A stretch of DNA of 64,000 nucleotides from Macrostomum lignano (lineage: Eukaryota). Position 1 is the stretch's first letter. The number at the start of each line of letters is the position of its first letter. The stretch lies in NCBI GenBank assembly GCA_002269645.1, contig NIVC01001948.1:155166-219165 (forward strand), written 5' to 3'. The notes under the pieces are model-generated. The model was not told where the DNA came from, made no database searches, and worked only from the letters and a program-made list of their open reading frames with translations. Shown here in pieces: positions 54,101 to 64,000 of this stretch. Made by a program: the position numbers and the translations under genes.

Positions 54101-57100
54101 CTGCTTGGGGCATGATCGGGAACTCTGGGATCAATCCTGGAGGATTTCTCAGCAGGGGATCCTTTTTGGCTGTGAGCAAGGCTGACTTGCGACTTTGATT
54201 ACTAAGAGTAGTATGAGGCGAACATGTACTGTCTATAGTTTAGATTGCTCAGGGCGAAGGGACGCGTCAGCATGGGGTTGCAACCTTCCTACTGCCATTC
54301 TGTGCCAAGACTCGCTAATCCCTCTACTGCACGCACCCGCGGCCCCGCAGCACGCACTCACAGGCGGGCTTTGCACGAGGAGAGGCCATTAGCTTACCCA
54401 ACTTCCTTATGCTTTGCCACCCCGGGAGAAAGGCTTTAGCAAGCCATGGGTGAAATGATGGTGAAAGAGTGAATAATGATGAGGTTAGTTAATAGTTAAT
54501 ATTTATGCCCTTAGGCAAATAATCAGGCAATTAGGCGGCTTCACTATTGAGTAAAATACAGCAAAAAGTTACGGTATCACAATTGGCTCAGCTCTCTAGT
54601 CAAGCAATGGAAAATTCATTATTCACAAGGCAAACCCCGGATAAGCAAAGGCGATTAGAGCACAAATTAGTAACATGAACTTACCGGCAGCTGCACAGAG
54701 AGAGAGAGAGGCGGAGTAACCGAGGGCGGCCGTAGGCTGCAGTCAGGCAGACAGTGAAGCGGCGATGCGCTGAGGCGACGAGGCGCTGATGTAGATCAGG
54801 CGATGCTGATGATGCTGGGCGGTATCAGACCGCTGGCCGATAGGCGAGCTCGCTTGGGGAGCTGAAGATAACTTGGCGGTAACAGACCGCGGACCGGCAG
54901 GGGTTCGTCTTATAGGCGGGAAGGTCAGAGCAGTGTCTGACCGCAAGTCCAAAGAAGGACGAGGAGACGAACAGGTCGAAACGTTTTAGCATTCTCCTGC
55001 CGAAATCGCTTCCTTATATAGCCTTCCCAGCCGCCGCTCCAAGGTCGTTTCCATGACTCCCTCTCTCTGATTGGCTGCCGGCAGAATGACGTCAGAATGA
55101 GTCATGATGAGAAGCATGAGACCGGCATAGCAACATGAGAAATGGGAGAATTGCGCAATCCGGAGGTGGGGTGGGGGGATAATTGGCGCAGCGGGAGGTC
55201 GCGAGAGTGTTGCGCAAGCAAACATTGAGAACAATGGGGCTGGGGTCGAGAACAAAGGAATTGGAAATCGGGGATAATTGGGGAGAATCGAGAACAATAG
55301 AAAAGCTAACATTGGGGAAAAGGTGATAATTAGGTGCGAAAACGAGAACAATAGAAAGAGAAAATCGGAGAAAATGTGATATTTGGTGGGGGTAAAGAGA
55401 ACAAAAGAATCAAAAACGAGAACAATAGAAGCGGAGGTGGGGTGGGTGTCGCATGAGAAATTTGGGGAGGAGAACAATGGCGTGAGAAAAGGTTGCGCAA
55501 GAGAGGGGGATGAGTCATCGATGAGTCATCGAGGGGACGAAGGGGTCACACGACTTGCGTCATCGTTTGGGAGTTTGAGAAGGGATGGGGTGACGGTGAC
55601 CGTGCAAAATACTGTAAGTAGACACAGAGAAAGGGGGGACAGAGCAGGAAAATAGGGCGAAAAGGGGCAAAAAGAGGGGAGACAGGAAGAGTACATAAAG
55701 AATAGGGAGGCGCGCAGGGGAGATAGGGTAGAGGGGGAGGTACAAAGAGAGAGGGGGAAGCTCCGGAAAGGCAAGTGTGGCGGCAGGGGAGACGGAGCCA
55801 AGGCAGCGGGGGGGGGGGCAGCAGAGCGGGAGTCTCCAGGCCTGGTCGAAGACCTGGCCGAGCCTCAACAGCTCTGTGCAGGGGGTGCACGGCGATAGGA
55901 GGCACTTTCGAAAAAGTTCCCCTGCCCTATCCCGCGACCAGAGCGTGGTTACATCAAAGCCCTCTTATCCCTCTTATAGTCCATGCGTGCGGTAAATTCC
56001 ATTGTCGGCTGATTTTCCATGCAAGAATGGCATTCTTGCACTCTTTTGCGTGCAGGAATGGATGTCTGTGGTAAAATCTCACTGAAAAAGCATTAGGCGC
56101 AGAAATGCATTCCTGCACGGTTTTGTGCATTCCTGCACGATGAATCATCCGACAATGGAATTCCTTCACGTTCACTCGTGCGTGAAGGACATCGTGCACT
56201 CGTGCGCTAGCGCGCACTCGTGCAGATGTCATTCCCGCACTCGTGACCGTGCAGGAATATATCAATCTATCTATGTCTATGGCTAAAACCAGAAGAATGC
56301 TTTGCCCATAAATCTATCACTAGGTTCCTTCGTGCGTAAATAGTCTATGGCACTGCGGCAATGGCAATAGTCTCTGCGCACTCGTGCCAAGACTATTTAC
56401 GCACTCGAAACCTAGAGATAAATCTACCATTAACCGCCCGCTAATTTCGATATTTCTTTCCTGCAAGCGGGCTTAAATCATGGATGAATGAATAGAATGG
56501 ATTGCTATTCTGGCTCTGGCTATTTTCGTTTTTGACTCTTTTGCATCCGGTTCCCCCCCGTGCCTTTTCATTGGTTAAATGTAGTCAATGGCATTAAAAT
56601 GTGCACAAGAATAAGTGCCCAGTGGGCACAAAGGTCATGGTACAATTGTTCGTCAAGACTGTTTCCCGCTTTCACTGCCTTCTGGACAAGATCAAATCGA
56701 TAGAAATCGCTGATCTCTCGTGTCTTCTCGATCGTCAGGTCGGAAGACGGGCGCTCCGGGTAAAATTTGCGTCCAGCGGAATTTGTTCCGGAAAGAATTC
56801 TGCCTGTGTTTGCAGCCTTGTAATTTTAAAGAAGTGCAGACACTAGAAGACACAGTTGCAGGGATTTTTCTCGGGTGGCAGAGAATTTGCTCAAAGTTTT
56901 CTATAAACTTTTATTCCTGCGAAAGGAGACTGGTTGCTCAAATTCTGATCTATTTCTCAGCTCTGAGCACTTGCTCCTCCAACTCAGAGCACAAGCATTT
57001 ACTCGTGAGCAACTGTTCACTTTACCCATACGGCCTATTCTATCAATTTATTTTCGTGATCTAATCATGAAAATATACCCTATGCCACGTAAGACTAGCA

Positions 57101-60100
57101 TAAACATCTGATGCCCCCTATTCTACTACTTACGAGTATTTACAGAATTTTTTTATAGTGCTATAATTAATATTTAAATTTTTATCAAATCCAACGCTAT
57201 TCATAAGATAAAACTTGTTCATACAAAAAAATAAACGCCAAAAAGTTTCTTTCCAATATTTCGATTGTGAATATGTTAATAAGTTAATCAAAATAAGTTT
57301 TTACGAAGTCCGTTAAACGCTGATAAAGAACATGATCGCACATTAACCGAATGTTGCCTAACACTGTAGACAGGAAGGCTGCTGTTGCAAATTGTGCAAA
57401 TTTCACTATTTCAATGCATTTTTACAGCCGCCTTCTAAATCGAGTTTGCACATGCAAGACGCATAACCGCTCCGTTTGGAATTTGATAGTTTGAAAATTA
57501 TGAATTTCGTTGCTAAACTGACCTCCAACAAAATTTGCACGGTATACGAATGTATAGAGTCCTTAATTTTCAGTTTTACATGTGGCTCGTACATGCCAAT
57601 TTCTATTGAAATGTGTTTAATTTAATTAATACGATTAAAGTAAAAAAATGTCATTGATCTACTCGTACATATACATTTACAGGCTTCTGAAAGGCATCGC
57701 AAATTCTGCGCAACGCGATCAAGGTCTCATCTTGGCATCAAAACAAGCCGTAGATGCTCAGCAGTGGAAAGCGTCTGCCTACTTGTTGCGACGAGTTAAA
57801 AACGAGCAGACAAGAAGACAGCAATGTCTCGAGTTAGCAACTCTCGCTGCTATTAATGGCTGGATGGAATTGGCTACCGCCTGCTGGGAGATAATCTCCG
57901 ATTCCAGTTCACCGGGCCCCGACCTTTGGCAAAGCTGCGCCGATCTCGCCCAGAAAGCTGCGTCAATGGGTCAATTCGACATTGCATCTTATTTTTGCCA
58001 AAAGCTGACAATTCAGCAGCGGTCTCAGTTTCTTAAAACTTTTGTTTCGAAAATTAATACTCGTAAATGGGATTTTTCAGACGTCGAGAAATTTTTTGCG
58101 ATTTTTGCCAACAATGTCCCGGCTGAGACGATAGAAGTGTGCCGTCGTGCTCTGACAATTCAAGCTGCTGAGCAGGGGAGCTGGATTCTGGCACAATCTG
58201 TTCTGGCAGAGATTTCCTGTGCAAGCAAACGATCTGATACACTTAAGAGTATTTTTAATAAAATCAGTGGATGCAAAGGTTGCATCAGAGCGTTGTCTTC
58301 AATTATCGAAGATGCCGGAGCAAAATCAAAGATCAATTGCCGGTTGGCCAAGGCCACTGTCTCCTCCTGCCAGCGCTGCCAACAGTCACCAGCAGGGAGA
58401 CAGCAGCAGCAGTCAATAACGCAAATTCACCCAGAGTTTGTGCCCACTGACTCCCCTGTCGGCTGCCAGAGTCCAATTGATGCGGAGCAACGAAAAGCCT
58501 GGACTCTTCTGACTGTGGCTGACTATCTAGCTGAAGACGCAGAGGATGATCTTAAAGACGGCATCCGGCGCGAGGAAGTGAAGCTTTTAGTGAGGCGGAA
58601 GCTGTGGTACACAGCGAAACAGATTTCAGAAAGCATTATGAATCGAGACGAGCGCGATCAGAGTCTTATTGCTGCTGCTGAGTTTGCCATCGACTTTGAT
58701 CAGGCCGAAATGTCAAACTTGTTTCTGAGCGGAATGGCTGACACGGACAAGAAAGAAAATTGGCGCTCTAGAAAGGTGCAAAAGCTGTCTGATAAAGGAA
58801 AGCAAGATGTGGCAGACCGACTGAAAGACTGGTACCTGACTGAAGCAGAAGTTGCAGCAAGTAGTGGTCGGTTAGAGGCTGTTAGAGAAATTCTACAGCG
58901 TATACACGATTCGAATAGGCGAGACGAAGCACTTGCAAAAACTGCTGAAATTGCTGCTAACTTTGGCTACATGGACACTGCCGAAGCACTGGTGCGCGAG
59001 ATCTGCACAAGCCAGAAGAAGCTTGAGTGTTGCATAATAATTGCAAGGGGAATTCTTAATCCTCGCCCTCTAACGGCGATCAGGTGTGCCGCAGCTGCTG
59101 ATTGCATTGACACTATTAAAACTATATTTACTTCGGTCAGCGACGATGAAATGCGCGGCAAATGCTGTGTTGAGGCTGTAAAATCAGCTGTGTGCAGCGG
59201 CTTCCATGACACTGCCTGTCGGTTGTTACTGAGCTTCTCTGAGGCTCTACAAGCTGAATGTCTACTTGTTGCCATCCGCACAGCTAGCGCTCTTTGTGGC
59301 TTACACACTGTTAGGCAGCTCATGTTGGCAATAGTTCAATTAAGAAATATTCCTGGCTTCAGTTGGGAACTGTTCAAAAAAGTTCTGAAAGACATCTGCA
59401 ATAATCCAGAATTACGGAACCAGGTTTGCAAAGCATTAGTTAGTGCCTGTCTACGATGCGGCTTGTGGGTGCAGGCTCAAAATTATTTGAAATTCATTAA
59501 AGATGAGCGCATTATATGCATTTGTTGTGCTGATGAGGTGCGGCTGATGCTGAGCCAAGGCCAAGCCAAATTAGCTGCCAAGTTCATAGCTAACATTGAA
59601 AAAACACTGAAACATCTGATTGAGCATTGTTTAGTTGCCGGAGTCGACCTAATTTATGAGCAAGAGAGGCTGGAAACTGCTGTGCAATTTTTCAACTCTT
59701 ATCAGAGTCCGGACGCCGACAAGTATCGCTTTAGAGTTGCCCGGTTTGCCATCCAGTTTCGACTTTACCAGTACGCAGAAGGAATGGTCGATTCTATTAG
59801 AAACTGCGACATTAAAGACGCAGTCTATCAGGAAATCGCTGAACGCGAGATCGCACTGTGGACGAGCAACGAAGACGTTGAATTCGCTTCAAAATTGTCT
59901 GCGTTAATTAAGAAGCTTTCGAAGTATTGTAATCGCAAGGAATGTTTCAAGAGAGCTTCATTAAAAGCAGCAAGCCTTGGATTATGGACTTGCCTAAATG
60001 AGTTTGCCTTACAATATAACGACGAGGCTGAAAGATTCCAGGATGTGATGCAACAAGCCATCTATTCCAACCAGGTCGACGCAGTCGAGCCTATTCTGAA

Positions 60101-62928
60101 ATCAAGCATAAGCGCTGTAAATAGAGTTGACTTTCTGTGTAAACTAATTACTCGTAGTCTGACACATGAATTTCAGGATATTTTTACGTTACTCAGGAAT
60201 ATCCCAACGGAGGCGAATTGGATAATTGAAGCCGAAGATTTTCAGCGTACGCTAAATAACGCCTTAGTAACAAAGCCTAACAGTCACGACTTTGACAGAT
60301 TTTGCTCAAGGTTTAGTCAGAGCCGGTTGCTTAAAACATTTCATGCATGCATCGAGAGAGGATACATAACTCTTGCGCATCGCATGCAACCACATCTCCT
60401 AGAAGTTCACCGCACTAATAGCGCTGGTGAAACGGCGCTGATGCTATCGGCAAAGTTCGGACGTAGCGACCTGATATTGCCGCTGATTGAAGATGGCGCA
60501 TCGGTGACTCAGACAAATGCGAACGGACAAACAGCCCTATCGATAGCGTGTTTGCACGGTAAAGAGAAAGCAGTGAAAATGCTTCTAGACTTGGGCTCTG
60601 ACGTGAACCACTGTGACAGCGCTGGCCGAAGCTGTGCACAGTTGGCGGAATCGGCTAAGCACGAAGTTGTGCTCAAGTTGCTTTGGTGAGAGATACGCTC
60701 GTACGTCGTATATGTAGCTCATTTCACGTAGCTGTTTATGTCAGTTTGTGCATTGGTTTTTTATTTCATACTTTTCCGATTTCAGCTCTTGGCCGAATTT
60801 TGATCTTAGCAATTATTTTGTCGAAAAAAGTGCCGCGTTGACCGAGGCGCTGACTCAGTCGGGCTTCACGCAAGACCGGGTGGTCTGTCTGCCAAGAATG
60901 GCAAGCTTCGTATCAGAACTAGCGTCGGCGATCACTGGCGAGGACATGGAAATTGCTGGCAGCACAGCCGAAGGCTATGGGATGATTCCACCCTGTTTGG
61001 ACAGAATGGTGTCACCGGATTCCGACATCGACTGGCTACAAATTATAAACGGATGCGTATTACTCCTAGAAGATTTCTGCTCCTGCTTAGGACAGCAGAA
61101 CTTGGGGAGCCCCATCGAGGGTCATGTGCCGCTCTCGGCTCCTGTAGGTAAGAAAACTATGATTTTCACATTGAATTCTAGCGTATTATAGAATTGTTAT
61201 GTAAAATGAGCACTACTGTATGCTTTAATTTGTTAATGGAACCTGAAGAGAATAATCCAGTGCTCTTAAGTCCGTTTCACATTACCGCTAGTAGCACAGC
61301 AGTTGAAGGATTGTTCAAATCATTTTTAAAAACGTGTCTGAACCAACTGCACATTGATTTGAGCAGTCTTTGACCCGCGAAGCTACTGGCGGGAATGTGA
61401 ACCGGCATTTACTTTCAAAGTTGTAAACTGTGCGATGTTTTGTGTCATAGTAGTTTTTGACTACTGCCATTGATATGAGAGCTTGACCGAAATGGACCTC
61501 TTATAATTAGGCTTAATAACTGCCTAAATATGAACATAAATAAATTAGCGTTATTAACATGTTTCAACCCCACACAGGATGTCAACCTGCACAGACTTCC
61601 CCTGCTAAAGGAGTTCTTCCCCGCATGGATTTCTGCTGCGCTTTTCCTGTCTGCACAAGAGACTTATCCTTATTGCACCCCCAGCCCGAAAATCTCGTCC
61701 GGGCTTCGAGGCCAGGACGCACGTGTGAGCTGCGAATCAGCTTTAACAGCCAGGAGAACAGACTAGTACGAGGCTTTTACGAAGTGCAAGGGCACTTACT
61801 GATGATCATCAAGCACTGTTTCAAGAACACTCCATTAAAAGATTACTATAAATCGTACCACGCAAAGTCGCTATTGTTTCATTTAATTGCGCGACACGCA
61901 GAATCGGGGAATCGGTGTGGAAACCCACAAATTTGGCTCGCCTTTTCCACGAAGCACTTGGTATGGCGATCGAGTTTCTATCGGCGAGTATTTCCAAGGA
62001 TGTCGTTATGCCGCACTCGATGTGCCCAAGCGCACAGCTCTACATTAAAAATGCTGGCCTCGGGTACGGATTCGAAGACTCAAAAAAGGAAGCGGAAATA
62101 TCCCTGAAAGACCTCCAAAAAAGGACCTGGCGGTGTTTGATCCGATGCTAGAGTTTTTGCGTCCGTTGAGCTCGCAAGAGTTCAGGTTTCACCCGTTCAC
62201 TCTTCTGCCATTGCAGCGTGTTCGCCAAGGCGCTCTTAAAACGAAAAGACATCAAGACAGCACGGTGAACTTGCTGGCTAACTTGTACGAAAAAATCTGG
62301 CAAACTCTCACAGATTTGTCCAATGATGGCGAGTGTCCGAGCGTTGATCGTTTGATTGAGCGTTTAGAAACGCTGCCCAAAATTTGCCACTCTGCAGTCT
62401 GTTGCCTGAAGATAATGGCATATTGCAAGAGTGGTAGGTTGGATCAAGCAGACATTGTTTTAAGTTGTCTTAATGGTCACAAAGTTCAGCGCGGTTGGCA
62501 GCCTACTTCAGTTAGAGACGGCATCAAGTGGACAACGAAGCAGACTGGGCGTGGCGATTTTGCTTTCCAAGCAAAAGTGGCTTTCAATTTCCTTTTTGGC
62601 GAACTTTACGCAAAGTCTGTTTACAGCCAGACTATCTGAAAAATCTAAAACATCCCACGTCTACATTAACTTTCGATGCCTTTTTTGGAGTCTACAAGCA
62701 GAACTTCTGGGGGCTGGAGAAGTCTGTGTCGACGACTGGTATACTGAGATTCAAGCAGATGCAGATTTGGAGGAGCTGCTCACTTTAGCCAACTACTCAG
62801 ACAGTCACCAGCACCGGAATTTCTGCAAAGAGGAGCTAAAAAAGCTGCGCAAAGAAGGACGCGTCGTTTTGGAGGACTACGACTTTAAAAGACCTGCTGC
62901 GAGCACTTCTTTGAATGAAAGCAAGTGA
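51155..62928 (+). CDS. ~1680-aa protein: alpha-helical (TPR/ARM-like) solenoid + ankyrin repeats + Mab-21/cGAS-like nucleotidyltransferase + helical C-terminus (cGLR-like); 3 frameshifts in exon 4
   Basis: Exons 51155-51474, 57683-60685, 60786-61147, 61578-62928, with phases 2/2/1 matching. ANK: NSAGETALMLSAKFG, NGQTALSIACLHG, SAGRSCAQLA. NTase: EIAGSTAEG (60952-60978), SPDSDIDWL (Asp 61024 and 61030), RMDFCCAFP (Asp 61628), ELRISFNSQENRL, SYHAKSLLFHL, WKPTNLARLF. Single-base indels needed at ~61905, ~62120 and ~62595. Confidence 0.85.
51704..51967 (+). repeat. Left arm of a 264-bp near-perfect inverted repeat (intron 1 of the cGLR-like gene)
   Basis: Reverse complement of 56001-56264; one mismatch seen. 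The ORF track gives matching peptides on opposite strands. Confidence 0.92.
52385..53625. repeat. 23-bp minisatellite (AATTCTACCTGAGCTACTGACCC), intron 1 of the cGLR-like gene
   Basis: Tandem periodicity, ~50 copies. Confidence 0.96.
53724..55956 (-). mobile_element. 2233-bp solo-LTR-like insertion
   Basis: Perfect 10-bp terminal inverted repeats TGATGTAACC...GGTTACATCA (TG...CA) with a 4-bp TSD AAGC (53720-53723 and 55957-55960). GC/CpG-rich, with a Pol II promoter cassette on the minus strand. Confidence 0.75.
55014..55104 (-). promoter_or_regulatory. TATA + CCAAT + CRE + AP-1 cassette within the LTR-like element, antisense to the host gene
   Basis: TATATAA 55020-55014, CCAAT 55074-55070, TGACGTCA 55087-55094, TGAGTCA 55098-55104 (more at 55511 and 55522). 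Downstream donor G|GTAAG at 54685/54684. Confidence 0.55.
56001..56264 (-). repeat. Right arm of the 264-bp inverted repeat
   Basis: See 51704-51967. Confidence 0.92.
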
Positions 62929-64000
62929 CCAAATTGTTTTTCGAAGCATTAACTAGTAATGGCTTTAGAATGAAAAAACGCTATATAGAGTACCTTTGAT
63001 TGCTTTTGATTGCAGTTTTGTGAAGAAATGAATTAGTGCTACGGGGCTACGATACACGTTTTTCAGTTTCTGCTTATGTTGCCCTAAACTATGGACTAAT
63101 TTTTATTGAGTAGTAAGTTCGTTAAAGTTGGTTCAAATATTAATGCGAGTTTCTCTGTGGGTCAAATATTGCTCAAATCAATTTTTAACAGGCCTGGACC
63201 AACTGTACACGGAGTTGAGCAGTATTTTACTTGCAAAGCTGTGAACCGGCCTTTAGAGTAGATTTCAAAAATAACTAGCGAAAGACAACGGAAGTATATC
63301 TGTTGCCTACACATTGAGAAATTGACATTTGAATAAATATTAAATAAACTAATACATTATACTAATTTGCGTGTCCTCTTTATAGAAAAAAATTCTTTGA
63401 TCAATATCTTTATAAAATGTATTTTTCGAACTTATTAATCACTTTATACAGCAAAAATGTTATGCATATTACTTTTAAAAAGTACCGCAGTTGTTTTTTT
63501 CTTTAATCGTATCGTAAGCAAATTATTCTGAAGGAAAGCTATAGTCAAACTGAAAAATGCAAAGTAGTATCAAGTGTCGCGAGTAGGTTTTTGTTGTATG
63601 TATTCTATCAATGTAACAATGTCAATCTATTTTAAAGTGTTTGATTGTCTTCTTTTCTTGTACATTGGCATTCATACTCTATGAGCTGATTTTGATTATA
63701 TTCATTATTTCTTTGTTATAGCTCGTAATGCGTACGTTCTAAGAAATTGGTATTATTTAAATATTTACACAAATTTCTGTTTTCTCGCTTTTCCTCTGTC
63801 GATGTTGGTGATGATTTCGTGCTGTAACGATTGGCCTTCAGGCCGTAAGACGGTCGCTGAATCATTACAAACCTAGGAACTAAAATAGTTAAGTTAGTTT
63901 AACGAGAGAGTTTAACTTGAGACTGTTTATGTTTATTTAGTTATACGAGCAATCCTGTCACTGCACTTCAATACCGTACGGTATTGCATTATATGCATTT

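Noticed and set aside
53715-54439. ORFs inside the LTR-like insert (154, 77, 65, 64 aa)
   Set aside because: No gag, pol or recombinase motifs recognised; GC-rich sequence readily yields such ORFs.
56600-57110. Overlapping short ORFs on both strands with coding-like composition in cGLR intron 1
   Set aside because: No recognisable motif, and no phase-2/phase-2 exon that I could fit. Possibly a decayed gene or TE fragment; unresolved without a search.
57648-60689. 1013-aa ORF as a stand-alone ankyrin gene
   Set aside because: Its first codons are intronic (acceptor at 57682) and its stop overlaps a donor. It is exon 2 of the larger gene.
63842-63855. GCCGTAAGACGGTC, resembling the 5' hairpin of a flatworm spliced leader as I recall it
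   Set aside because: Only 14 nt, with no following leader body, AUG|GT donor or Sm site; compatible with chance.

Overview
Eukaryotic (animal) genomic DNA with GT-AG introns, most of them filled by an intron-specific minisatellite. This landscape suggests a free-living flatworm such as Macrostomum (inference only). I assembled six spliced genes by hand, checking reading phase at every junction. (1) Beta-mannosidase MANBA (+, 2375-22307, 11 exons). (2) An antisense, GPI-anchored, two-domain Ly6/three-finger-like gene nested in MANBA intron 2 (-, 14056-10389); it is not in the ORF track. (3) An ARM-TIR-SAM gene (-, 28451-22884). (4) SNX27 (+, ~35083-41229), which has no in-frame genomic ATG. 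(5) A short, apparently secreted Notch-ligand-like gene with C2/MNNL+DSL only (+, 45245-49409). (6) A ~1680-aa helical solenoid + ankyrin + Mab-21/cGAS-like nucleotidyltransferase gene (+, 51155-62928), with the catalytic motifs intact but three homopolymer frameshifts in the last exon. Mobile DNA: a decayed LOA-type LINE, a CpG-depleted LTR retroelement remnant carrying a 28S rRNA (R2-site) look-alike, a 2.2-kb TSD-flanked solo-LTR-like insert, a Harbinger-type MITE, three tRNA-derived SINEs and a 264-bp near-perfect inverted-repeat pair. The very long ORFs in the track at 2.7-13 kb, 27-28 kb, 35-36 kb and 47-48 kb are minisatellite artefacts. The best candidate for an undescribed system is the giant solenoid-ankyrin cGAS-like receptor, found in the same window as a TIR protein that keeps the catalytic-type Glu.
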